Below are positions 18,146 through 27,101 of a DNA stretch of 64,000 bases, piece by piece. Source of the DNA: an uncultured Acidobacteriota bacterium. Its GTDB lineage: Bacteria > Acidobacteriota > Terriglobia > UBA7540. A program made the position numbers and the translations under genes. The notes under the pieces were generated by a model that saw only the letters and a list, made by a program, of their open reading frames with translations, was not told where the DNA came from and did not search any database. The stretch covers positions 544,001 to 608,000 of the forward strand of contig CAWDSK010000003.1 of assembly GCA_963804995.1 (NCBI GenBank). The letters are read 5' to 3'. How positions within the stretch are numbered: the stretch's first letter is position 1; each line of letters starts with the position of its first letter.

Positions 18146-19504
18146 ATGATCAATAAATCCGGGTCGTTTCAAATGAACCGGCGTGGTGTGTTGAAGGGCT
18201 CAGCGGCCGCGCTGGGAGGCGCGCTCTTAAGCGGTGAGCCCATGGAGGCGTATCCCTTTAATACTCATTCCAGTCCTTCGGCGCTACGCATTACGGACCT
18301 GCGTGTCGCGCACATCACCAACGCTCCTTTTGACGTCCCCCTCATCCGAATCGATACCAACCAGGGAGTGTATGGACTCGGCGAAGTGCAAGCTGCGGCG
18401 AGCCCCACTTACGCTTTAATGCTGAAGAGCCGGTTGCTCGGCGAAAACCCCCTGCAAGTGGATCGAATCTTCCGCAAGATCAAGCAATTCGGCCACACGG
18501 CCCGTCAAGGCGGAGGCGTAAGCGGCATCGAGATGGCCCTCTGGGACCTCGCCGGCAAGGTGTACAACGTCCCCGTCTATGTGATGCTGGGCGGCAAGCT
18601 TCGCGACAAGATCCGCATCTACGCGGACACCGAGGAATCCAAGGACCCCAAGATTTATGCCGAGAGATTGAAGGAGCGCAAAGAAGTCCTGGGCCTTACC
18701 TGGCTCAAAATGGACTTGGGGGTTGAATTGGTTTGGGACAAACCCGGTACCGTGACCAGGCGCTCCGGCCTGAGTGAATGGGAAATGGATCAGGTCCCTC
18801 ATCCCCTGCTCGCGATGGAGGTCACCGATAAGGGCATCGCTCTGCTTGAAGAGTATGTGGCGGCTGTGCGCGACGCCGTGGGCATGGAGATTCCGCTTTC
18901 CATGGACCACCTCGGCCACCTTGGCGTCCACTCCATCATCCGTCTGGCTAAAGCGTACGAGAAGTACAACCTCTCCTGGTTGGAAGATGTGATTCCCTGG
19001 CAGTACACGGACCTGCTGAAACACATCACGGACCAGAGTCCAACGCCGATCTGCACGGGCGAGGACATTTACCTCAAAGAGGGCTTCCAGGTCCTTTGCG
19101 CGAATCATGCCGTCAGCAAAATCCATCCGGATCTGGCGGTGGCTGGCGGCATCCTCGAAACCCACAAAATCGGCGATTTGGCGTGGGAATACGGCGTGCC
19201 GATGGCCATGCACTTTGGCGGATCGCCCGTGAGCTGTATGGCAAACGTGCATTGTGCGGCGGCGACACTCAACTTTTTGGCGCTCGAAAACCACTCTCTG
19301 GATGTGCCCTGGTGGAGCGACTTGGTGGAGGGCATAGAAAAACCGATCATCAATCACGGGTTCATCACCGTGCCTGACAAACCAGGGCTGGGCGTCACTC
19401 TGAACGAAGATGCCGTGCGGCGGCACCTGATTCCCGGAACGGGTTACTTTGAACCCACGACACAGTGGGACCACGAACAATCTTGGGACCGCCAGTGGAG
19501 TTAA
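18146..19504 (+). CDS. Mandelate racemase/enolase-superfamily acid-sugar dehydratase with a Tat signal
   Basis: NRRGVLK twin-arginine motif; SGIEMALWDLAGK, LGG..RDKIRIY, WLED, TGED and PDKPGLGV. Confidence 0.9.
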   Translation: MINKSGSFQMNRRGVLKGSAAALGGALLSGEPMEAYPFNTHSSPSALRITDLRVAHITNAPFDVPLIRIDTNQGVYGLGEVQAAASPTYALMLKSRLLGENPLQVDRIFRKIKQFGHTARQGGGVSGIEMALWDLAGKVYNVPVYVMLGGKLRDKIRIYADTEESKDPKIYAERLKERKEVLGLTWLKMDLGVELVWDKPGTVTRRSGLSEWEMDQVPHPLLAMEVTDKGIALLEEYVAAVRDAVGMEIPLSMDHLGHLGVHSIIRLAKAYEKYNLSWLEDVIPWQYTDLLKHITDQSPTPICTGEDIYLKEGFQVLCANHAVSKIHPDLAVAGGILETHKIGDLAWEYGVPMAMHFGGSPVSCMANVHCAAATLNFLALENHSLDVPWWSDLVEGIEKPIINHGFITVPDKPGLGVTLNEDAVRRHLIPGTGYFEPTTQWDHEQSWDRQWS

Positions 19505-19565
19505 GCGCAGGAAGCCCCCCGTCACCCGCAGAAGAGCGAAGGTTCATGAATACGAGGTGCTAAAT

Positions 19566-20079
19566 ATGACCTACAACCGATTTGAGGATCTTCCTGTCTG
19601 GCAAGCGGGCTTGGAACTGGCCCAGCGAGTGTATCAGCTTACCGCTGGCCCGCCCTTCCGCCGGAATCGCAGCACAAATCGAGCGGGCTGCCGTCTCTGT
19701 CTCGAATAACATCGCCGAGGGTTTCGAGCGTGGTACGACCCAGGAGCTGCTGACCTTTCTCTACATTGCCCGCGGCTCAGCGGGAGAGGTCCGCTCCATG
19801 CTCTGTCTGCTGGTCACACTCGACGATTTCGCCCATCTCAAATCTGAAATTTCAAATTTGAAATCCATGGCCGAAGGCGTTTCCCGCCAGTTACGCGCCT
19901 GGGCCGATTCCTTGCAGAATTCCCCTATCACAGGTCAGCGGTATCTCACGGAAAAGTCCCGGCGCGCCAGCAAGACCCGCACTGAGTGTGATGAATTTCT
20001 AAGAAAGCTTCAGAATATTCGAGAGGGAAAAGAGCCGGGCGGGAATCTACCTAACACGAAAAGGCAGGGGGACACCTGA
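19566..20079 (+). pseudogene. Four-helix-bundle protein copy 2, frameshifted by an 8-nt deletion near 19673
   Basis: Near-identical to 16476-17009. Copy 1 reads AGCCTGCGCGACCAAATC where copy 2 reads AGCACAAATC, and the copy-1 stop TAA is AAA here. Confidence 0.88.
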
Positions 20080-20308
20080 AATTTCAAATGCGCGAATGCA
20101 GACTGGCTGGCGCAGGGCCAGTCCAGCCCTGCGACTCACGTGGCTGACCATGCCCGGCGATATTCCTCCGATCCAGAAAACAAGCTTCCAAATTCTATTA
20201 TCGGAACGATTCGTTCGTCTTGACCAGGAACCGGCTGGCTTGACCAAATCGCAGAGCTGCGCTCGATCTGCGCTAGCCTGTCTACCTCTGATGCGCTATC
20301 GGTTCCTG

Positions 20309-20460
20309 CTCAGCACCACCCCGTCGCTCTGAGCGCCACCCCTCCTTATCTGAGGAGGGAGTGTTTTAAGGAACTCCCCTCCTGATTTCCGTGGCGCGCC
20401 GTGCCCCGCTAGCGCGTTCTTTCCAAATTGATCATCGGGGCCAAGCGACGGGGTGGTTAC
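20309..20460. repeat. Palindromic repeat family C (CAGCACCACCCCGTCGCT..GCGCCACCCCTCCT..TGAGG..GGGAG...AACTCCCCTCCTGA..GCGACGGGGTGGTT)
   Basis: Copies at 31686-31805 and 45241-45361. Confidence 0.85.
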
Positions 20461-20535
20461 AGTCGCACCCTGAGATCCGGTGTGGTTATGGTGCCGGGAC
20501 GGTTGTTCGTGGTGGGGCTAAGGTGGCAAACTCGC

Positions 20536-20564
20536 TTGACACTCCTGTTTGCAGCGAATAGTTT
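20536..20564 (+). promoter_or_regulatory. sigma70 promoter, probably giving a leaderless mRNA
   Basis: TTGACA-17 nt-TAGTTT ends 6 nt before ATG 20571; no Shine-Dalgarno sequence. Confidence 0.6.
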
Positions 20565-20570
20565 GCTGCT

Positions 20571-22859
20571 ATGAGAACAACATTTCTTGCCATTGCCACA
20601 GCCTTTTTGCTGGCCGCGGCCAACTTAGCAGGCCAGTCGGCATCATCTCCCGTCACGGCTACGGAATTTGACGCCCAGGCTTTTGCCGCGCTTCCCATAG
20701 AGCCGCCCTATGCTTTTCATCAAGCCCTCGGGCAAGGACAAGACGAGGCGCAGTGGCGAGATCCCGCCGCCCAGCCTAATGCCGATGAACTCTCCATCGC
20801 GTCAAGCGGCTGGAAGCTTCTGATGCCAGCAAACGCGGGGGCTCCCCTGCGCAACGCTGCGGAGGACTTTACGCGCTTCCTCGAGCGCGTGATGAAAGTC
20901 CACATTGCGCTCGAACCTTCCTCATCCTTGAGTAGCTGGGACAAGTTGACGAAAGCCATAATTGTGGCGCCGCGCGAACAGCTTGCCGGGTGTGGTCAAG
21001 CCCTCACAGGCCCCAAGGACTATCAGATCACGGTCGCTCCCGAGCGAGTTGTAGTTTGCGGATTCGATGAGCGCGGCTCGATATTCGGGCTCTACAACTT
21101 GGAAGAACGCATGGCCCTGCGCGAAGCTCCCTTCTTGCCCCTCCGCCTCAACACGGTCCGGCACAGTTTGTACAAGGCGCGCATGACCGTGACGGGCCTG
21201 GGTTGGATGGAGTGGCCTGACAAGTACCTCGCGATCCTTCCTCGCTATGGGATCGACGCCATCTACGCGTCCCTGTATGCCAATCCCAATGGCGTGCCCG
21301 CCACCCCGCCCGAGTACGACCGCATGAGACGGAATGATCCGGCGGCAATGCACGAACTACTTCGCCATGCCGCGGAGCATGGGCTGGACGTCTACGCTCC
21401 CCTCCTGTACGTGTACACGGGCGACTCCGAAAGCGAAGCGGGCTTGCGGAAACTCGTCCGCGACGTGGCCACGGAGTTTCCGACCCTGCGTGGCTATGTG
21501 CTGCTGACCGAGGGGTTCCTCTACAAGACCCGGACTTGGGATTGGCCTGAGAACAGCATCCGCGATTACATTAAGGGGTGGACCCACGGCGTGGCCATCG
21601 CGGCGGAAGAGTTCCACAAAGTCAATCCCGCCATCGAGGTTTTGCCGTGGGATTACAATGTGGATTTCCGCGCCGAGGCGGTGGACCTGAAGCGCTTTCT
21701 TACCAGCCAACTTCCTCTCGATACGATCCCCCTTCTGACTTTTGAGAACGGAACGAGCTTCGAGCGTGGCGGTGAGCGAGGCCACCTGAAGGACTATGCC
21801 ATCAGTGAAATCGGGCCCTCCGAGGTAACCCAGGCGCAGCTTGCCGAAGCGCGCCAGCGGCGTATGCCGGGGGTTTACGCCAAGGCCGATACCTGGGCCA
21901 CCTGGCAATACGGCACTTTCCCGTACTTGCCCTTTCCCTACCAGTGGTACGCGCGCTATCAGGCGATTGAGAAGTCCGGCGTGGACGGGACCATGGAGAG
22001 CTGGTCATACGGCTTCAAGCCCAACTACATCGCGGAATTGCGCGGATGGACTAGCTGGAGTGATGCGCCCCCTCTCGATACCTTGCTCCGGCAAATCGCG
22101 CGTCGCGAGTTTGGACTGCATGCCGAAGCGCAGGTCTTGAGCGCTTGGGACCACTTCAGCCGAGCCATCCGACTGGTTCCGGACACCGGCTGGGGGACGA
22201 TGGGGACCTGCAACGCTGTCGCAGCGCCACTTTTCTTCTCCCTGCCGGAGCCGCGCACGCTGACTTACCTCCATTCCTTTTGGGATCAGGAAGCCATGCT
22301 GAAAGATGCTGACATCAATCCCTACTGGCCTTACGTTCCCACTCGCTTCATCTTGTTCCCTGACTTCACGAACCGGGTGAACAAAGCGGAAGCCTATGCG
22401 AAACCCTTCACGCTTCCGGTCTTTACCAAGTACTTGTTGGCAGCCGCCGACGAGATGGAGAAAGGCCTCGAAAGCTACCGCGCCGCGGCACTTCAAGCAC
22501 CGGCGGCCAAGAAGCTTCACGCCTTCCGGGAAGTTCTGCTTGCCGAACAACTCGAACGGATGATGCGCAGCGAGGTCGCGGTATTGCAGTTTGAGGACCT
22601 GCGGTTCCATCTCGCCCAAGCCACGCTGGGCGCAGAGCAAGCCAGACTGCTGGATCAGATGACGGCTCTCCTAAAGGACGAGATTCCACGGACCGAAGCC
22701 GCGCGTGAAACGGCGCGGCGCGACTCCCGCCTCGGTTATGAATGGGAGCAGGACTACCTCTACTCGCCCAAGATTATGGAGGAGAAACTTAAGCTACTGC
22801 GCAAGACCCTGAGGGATGAAATCCCGGCTTATCGCCGTGAGCATAAGGTCCCATTTTAG
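20571..22859 (+). CDS. Large exported hypothetical protein, possibly a glycoside hydrolase
   Basis: Signal peptide; YQITVAPERVVVCGFDERGSIFGLY resembles the GH20/GH67 N-terminal domain; Trp/Tyr-rich core. Confidence 0.6.
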   Translation: MRTTFLAIATAFLLAAANLAGQSASSPVTATEFDAQAFAALPIEPPYAFHQALGQGQDEAQWRDPAAQPNADELSIASSGWKLLMPANAGAPLRNAAEDFTRFLERVMKVHIALEPSSSLSSWDKLTKAIIVAPREQLAGCGQALTGPKDYQITVAPERVVVCGFDERGSIFGLYNLEERMALREAPFLPLRLNTVRHSLYKARMTVTGLGWMEWPDKYLAILPRYGIDAIYASLYANPNGVPATPPEYDRMRRNDPAAMHELLRHAAEHGLDVYAPLLYVYTGDSESEAGLRKLVRDVATEFPTLRGYVLLTEGFLYKTRTWDWPENSIRDYIKGWTHGVAIAAEEFHKVNPAIEVLPWDYNVDFRAEAVDLKRFLTSQLPLDTIPLLTFENGTSFERGGERGHLKDYAISEIGPSEVTQAQLAEARQRRMPGVYAKADTWATWQYGTFPYLPFPYQWYARYQAIEKSGVDGTMESWSYGFKPNYIAELRGWTSWSDAPPLDTLLRQIARREFGLHAEAQVLSAWDHFSRAIRLVPDTGWGTMGTCNAVAAPLFFSLPEPRTLTYLHSFWDQEAMLKDADINPYWPYVPTRFILFPDFTNRVNKAEAYAKPFTLPVFTKYLLAAADEMEKGLESYRAAALQAPAAKKLHAFREVLLAEQLERMMRSEVAVLQFEDLRFHLAQATLGAEQARLLDQMTALLKDEIPRTEAARETARRDSRLGYEWEQDYLYSPKIMEEKLKLLRKTLRDEIPAYRREHKVPF

Positions 22860-22973
22860 ATGCGTCGGGGGCGCGCACCTCGATATCGAGGTGTGCGATA
22901 AACCCAACTAACCCGGCGTTTGGAGCGCCGGGGTGGTGCTGAGCAGTAGGGTAGCGAAGCGCGGCGTGCCCGA

Positions 22974-23017
22974 AAATCAAAAGGCAAAGCGCAAATGTCA
23001 AAACGCAAAAGTGAAAA
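22974..23017. repeat. Heptamer repeat (AAGGCAA-like)
   Basis: aaatcaa aaggcaa agcgcaa atgtcaa aacgcaa aagtgaa; similar array at 63909-63945. Confidence 0.65.
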
Positions 23018-23046
23018 GCCCTTGCTAACGATGGTTGTCCGCTGTC

Positions 23047-23211
23047 CCCTGTTACCTGTTCCCTATTCCCTGTTCCGTGTTCCCTCCTCTCTGTTCCCTG
23101 TTCCCTATTCCCTGTTCCCTATTCCGTGTTCCCTATTCCCAGTTCCCTGTCCCCTATTCCCAATTCCCTGTCTGCTGTTCCCTTTTCCCTGTTCCCTTCC
23201 CAGTTCCCTTC
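23047..23211. repeat. Heptamer tandem array (CCCTGTT/CCCTATT), roughly 23 degenerate units
   Basis: Direct reading: ccctgtt acctgtt ccctatt ccctgtt ccgtgtt ... Confidence 0.9.
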
Positions 23212-23728
23212 CAGGACTCACGCGTCGAAATGGCTTGGGCCGTTCGACTTGTCAGAAGTGGCGACAACGGTTTTGCAGGACTTCTGGATGGGTAGTTCGG
23301 AGCCGATGATGCTGACTGAAGAGAAAAAGTGTCCTAGTTTGATTTTCTGGGGCGTGCGCAGTTAACTGTGTTGGTTCAGCCTGAAATGGAGAGGAGGCGC
23401 TCTCCGTTAGTGAGTTTTCCGCCCCTCGGGCGGGGATTTTCAAGGCATCGCTGCGACCACCAAGCTACCCCTCACCATGGTTGCGTCCCCGCAGAGCCCG
23501 CTTCCGTTTCGCCAGGCACGATCATTGTAGCTCCACCACGTCCATCCGTCTCAATTTCCGGTTACCCCGTCATCCGGGAGTTGAGTGGCGGTTAGATATA
23601 CGACATGGCGACTTACCGTCAAGTGGCAGCGGGTTGCGCAAAACGGTACCAAACGAAGCCTTACCGATTGGCACTTACGGACTGGGATATGGTTACGCGA
23701 CTGCCGAGGCCACACGATAAAATTGTTG

Positions 23729-23757
23729 TTGACTTCAACTCAACATATGCATATCCT
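23729..23757 (+). promoter_or_regulatory. sigma70 promoter of the XRE gene
   Basis: TTGACT-17 nt-TATCCT; the -35 box overlaps an imperfect palindrome (TGTTGTTGACTTCAACTCAACA). Confidence 0.65.
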
Positions 23758-23776
23758 ACATGCGGAGAGATACAAC

Positions 23777-24151
23777 GTGACCTTTGGAAAGCGCCTTCGT
23801 CAGGCCAGAAAGGAACAGGGGCTAACTTTACGCCGACTCGCAGAGGAAGCCGGCGTCAATTTCACCTACTTGTCAAAGATCGAGAACGAGCGGGTCCCAT
23901 ACACACCGGCGGCAGAGACGATTCGCAATCTTGCCCGAATACTAAAGGTCGACTCCATGGAGTTTCTTAAATTAGCCAATAAGCTGCCAAAGGAACTGGA
24001 ACCCCTAAATGCGAATGTGCACGCCCGGCGGTTTTTTGACAGAGCAAGTCAAGTGGCATCGCCCGCCGACTGGGAGGCTCTGCTTGAATTGTTAGAAAAG
24101 CGCCAGACCGGCAAAAAGGTCGGCAGAAAGGACGCCAAGAAGGGGCGATAG
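23777..24151 (+). CDS. XRE-family helix-turn-helix transcriptional regulator
   Basis: TFGKRLRQARKEQGLTLRRLAEEAGVNFTYLSKIEN; GGAGAG RBS before GTG 23777. Confidence 0.93.
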   Translation: MTFGKRLRQARKEQGLTLRRLAEEAGVNFTYLSKIENERVPYTPAAETIRNLARILKVDSMEFLKLANKLPKELEPLNANVHARRFFDRASQVASPADWEALLELLEKRQTGKKVGRKDAKKGR

Positions 24152-24289
24152 ATGGGACTTGACTGGTCTTTTTCGACCGACAGACGAATGCGTCGATGCG
24201 CGCGGCAGTTGTACTTCGCCGATGTCGCAGCTTGGCACAATGCCCCGGATCCCCTGCGCCGCGAGGCCTTTTTGCTTACTGGCACTTAG
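24152..24289 (+). pseudogene. Truncated 5' end of a PD-(D/E)XK (Cas4/AddB-like) nuclease gene
   Basis: ATG directly after the XRE stop; MGLDWSFSTDRRMRRCARQLYFADVAAWHNAPDPLRREAFLLTGT* resembles the W-S-x-S...C-x-R-x-x-Y-F N-terminus of this family. Confidence 0.55.
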
Positions 24290-24317
24290 CTTTGGATCTC
24301 CAACTGGTGAAACTCAC

Positions 24318-26621
24318 ATGGCCAATCAAAGTCCTCATGAAGAAACAGCAAGGGTACAGCTGCAGATTTGGACACTAATGGAGGAAATACGTTGTGTGAA
24401 GGGCTTTTTGGATCCTGCGGCAGTAGCGACTGCCGCCCAACAGAAGGGCATGCAGTGGGAAGACATTTTCGCGGCGTTTTCACTCGCTTTCAGCAAGTCA
24501 TTTGGGGAATTGTGGGTACCGCCTTACATTTCCAGGTTCGTAGCAGCGTACTTGAAGGGCAAAGAGGTCAGGCGAGCGCTCGATTTCCATGCTGGAGTTG
24601 GCTCGCTCCTGGCTCCCATTGTTCGGATACATGGAATTCAAGAGGCATTGGGCGTTGTTCGCACAGAAAAACAACTGAAGATAACCCAAGCGATGAGCCA
24701 GGGCCTGCCAATTAAGTGGGTACTTGGAGAGCCCCAGAAGATACTGGGCGAGCATGGGCAATTTGACTTGGTAGTGTCGTCGCCTCCATTTGGTATGCCG
24801 GCTACAAATGAGGAGATTCCCATAGATGGCGGCAGCATTAAGCTGCATGACTCTGCGACCAATCTCCTCGTGCTAAGGGCTTGTCTGCTGCTGGAGGGCG
24901 GGGGTGAAGGTGTTTTCCTGCTGCCTAACGCGTTTCTACGCAGCCAAGTTGCAGCAAACCTTTCCAAGTTCGGCCTATTTATTAACGCAGTACTTGCTCT
25001 TCCTGAGCGCGCATTTGCTCCCTTGACTGGAATTGACTTATACCTGGTCCTTATTAGTCGGCAGTCGACTGCAAGCTGGTTCGTTGGCCAACTCGAGCCC
25101 GAACGCGACCCGAATCCACTTCTTAAGAATTTGCGCGAACGGAAGGCCGGGCCGGCTCCCGAGCTTGGAAGAATTGTTGCCCCTGAAACATTCGTGTCTT
25201 GGCGGGCTCTCGTCAACTCTGAGGAAATTGAGAGGCTCGTTCAGCGGGGCGGTCTGAAGCCGATGCTGCTCGCCGACATCGTGGAAGTGATAAACCTAGG
25301 GAACCGCTCCGAGGACGGGGGATTTGTGGACCTTCCGAATGCGGTCTACCTACCTCTAATTGGGACATCGGCAGCGGCGACAAACCTATCTGCAATCCAG
25401 ATCAAACCACAGAACTGTGCCCAGCTTGTTCTCCGGCCTGACAAGGTGTTCGCGGAGTTCCTTGCTGGATTTTTCAATTCTTCCTTGGGCCGAAAAGTGC
25501 GAGGCCAGCTTCTCAGCGGAACCTTCATACCTAAAATCACCAAACATAGCTTGCTGGAAGGGACAGTCTACCTTCCTCTGATCGAGGCGCAAAAGGAAGT
25601 CGTGGATGTCCAACGAGAGATCCGTGACTTGACACTTCGCCTTGGCGATTTGCAGCAGACCCTTTGGAACCGGCCGACCGACGCTACAAAAGTGCGAAAG
25701 AGTCTCAGCTCCATCAACCAAAAGGAAAGCTTCGAAATATGGCTGGAGGCCCTTCCCTTCCCTTTGGCTTCGATTCTTTGGCGTTTTCACGCAACAAATG
25801 CCATCGAGGAGAAGAATACTCATCTGCTGAACTTTTTTGAAGCCGCCGCGCAGTTCTTCGCGACGATGATGCTAAGTGCCTTCCATACCAGTCAGCCCTT
25901 CTTCCAAGAGAATAAGCGTACCTGGTGTGAAGCTGGCGACAGCGACCACTCTCTGGTCCGAAGTAATTTCGGCGAGTGGGTGGTACGCGGACAGCGACTG
26001 GCCAAGACGACGCGGACGATGCTCTCTGACAAGGAAAAACGAAGCTTCTGCCTGGAATTGTTCGGAACTCAGAATCCGGAAAACGTGGAAGCAGTGGCGA
26101 GCAAGGATTTGCATGGGCTTTTGGATCTTGCCAACCAGTACCGCATTGATTGGAAGGGCCACGGCGGCATAGTCAGCCAGGGTGAGTACGACCGAAGGCT
26201 AACGCTGCTCCAAGGGCAACTCACCCGGATGCGGGAAGTTGTGGGATCAATCTTCGAAAACTGGGTGCTATTACGCCCCGGAAGAAGTGAATACTCCAAA
26301 GGAATGTATCGCTTCTCTGCTGCGAAACTGATGGGGAGCCGTCAGATTTTCAAGGAACTCGAAGTTGAGACGCCAACTGTGATGGACAAAAATGAACTAT
26401 ACCTTTTTGACTTCACCACGCGACATCCAATCCAACTTCTTCCATTCTTGCGAATATTGCCAAGCCCCCGAACCGAGGAGAACGCCTGCTATTTCTATAA
26501 CCGCGTGCAAAAAGATGGTGTCCGATGGGTCTCATACCATTTTGAACAGGAAGCTGAACTTGTCTGCTCCGACGATGCCTTGCTCAAAGTGATAAAAGAG
26601 ATCGAGAGCGATACGGGGTAG
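24318..26621 (+). CDS. Amino-DNA methyltransferase fused to an HsdS-like specificity region and a C-terminal helical domain with an R-x5-H motif
   Basis: Motif I-like LDFHAGVGSLL; motif IV FDLVVSSPPFG; FLAGFFNSSLG...GTFIPKIT...VYLPLIEAQKEVV (TRD/CR-like); YRIDWKGHGG at about 26139-26168. Confidence 0.78.
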   Translation: MANQSPHEETARVQLQIWTLMEEIRCVKGFLDPAAVATAAQQKGMQWEDIFAAFSLAFSKSFGELWVPPYISRFVAAYLKGKEVRRALDFHAGVGSLLAPIVRIHGIQEALGVVRTEKQLKITQAMSQGLPIKWVLGEPQKILGEHGQFDLVVSSPPFGMPATNEEIPIDGGSIKLHDSATNLLVLRACLLLEGGGEGVFLLPNAFLRSQVAANLSKFGLFINAVLALPERAFAPLTGIDLYLVLISRQSTASWFVGQLEPERDPNPLLKNLRERKAGPAPELGRIVAPETFVSWRALVNSEEIERLVQRGGLKPMLLADIVEVINLGNRSEDGGFVDLPNAVYLPLIGTSAAATNLSAIQIKPQNCAQLVLRPDKVFAEFLAGFFNSSLGRKVRGQLLSGTFIPKITKHSLLEGTVYLPLIEAQKEVVDVQREIRDLTLRLGDLQQTLWNRPTDATKVRKSLSSINQKESFEIWLEALPFPLASILWRFHATNAIEEKNTHLLNFFEAAAQFFATMMLSAFHTSQPFFQENKRTWCEAGDSDHSLVRSNFGEWVVRGQRLAKTTRTMLSDKEKRSFCLELFGTQNPENVEAVASKDLHGLLDLANQYRIDWKGHGGIVSQGEYDRRLTLLQGQLTRMREVVGSIFENWVLLRPGRSEYSKGMYRFSAAKLMGSRQIFKELEVETPTVMDKNELYLFDFTTRHPIQLLPFLRILPSPRTEENACYFYNRVQKDGVRWVSYHFEQEAELVCSDDALLKVIKEIESDTG

Positions 26622-26690
26622 GTGCCGGAAAGTGGCAGAGATACGAAACCGGCCGGCTTGTGAATTTTTCCGGAAGGGAGGTGGCTTCAT

Positions 26691-27101
26691 ATGAGCGACA
26701 TTTCTACGTTGTCCCACGAATATGAAGCTTCAGCAAAGTTAGCGGAAGAGCTAAATGAGGCGATATTAGCCATCAAGAAGTCACGATTACATCGGCGAGC
26801 CGGGTTGAGCGCAGATCAAATGAAATCTCTCGCCAACACTATTGAGTCGCTTCGGCAGCAAGTGGAGGCCGATCGAGACCTCGGCCAGTCTGAATTCATT
26901 CCGCAGGAAATGGTCGACCGTGTGCGTGAGCGAAATCGACTGCACATGGCCTATTTCCTGGATGATCTGTCTCGCACGGTAAGCGTGCTGGACTCCGGCT
27001 CCGGGCCGCTCGACGATACCGTCGTACGGACATTGGATGAAATCTGTGATGCAGCGGATGAAACGGCATCTGCCGTGTTTCGGCGTATGCGTAGGCGCTA
27101 A
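26691..27101 (+). CDS. Hypothetical alpha-helical protein (136 aa)
   Basis: GGAGGTG RBS; stop abuts the next ATG (TAAATG). Confidence 0.75.
   Translation: MSDISTLSHEYEASAKLAEELNEAILAIKKSRLHRRAGLSADQMKSLANTIESLRQQVEADRDLGQSEFIPQEMVDRVRERNRLHMAYFLDDLSRTVSVLDSGSGPLDDTVVRTLDEICDAADETASAVFRRMRRR

Noticed and set aside
16476..20091. Diversity-generating retroelement (Avd-like gene with TR/VR pair)
   Set aside because: No reverse transcriptase in the window; differences between copies are not adenine-specific and span whole genes.
23035..23309. Pro/Cys/Ser/Leu/Phe-rich ORFs
   Set aside because: Translation artefacts of the CCCTGTT heptamer array.
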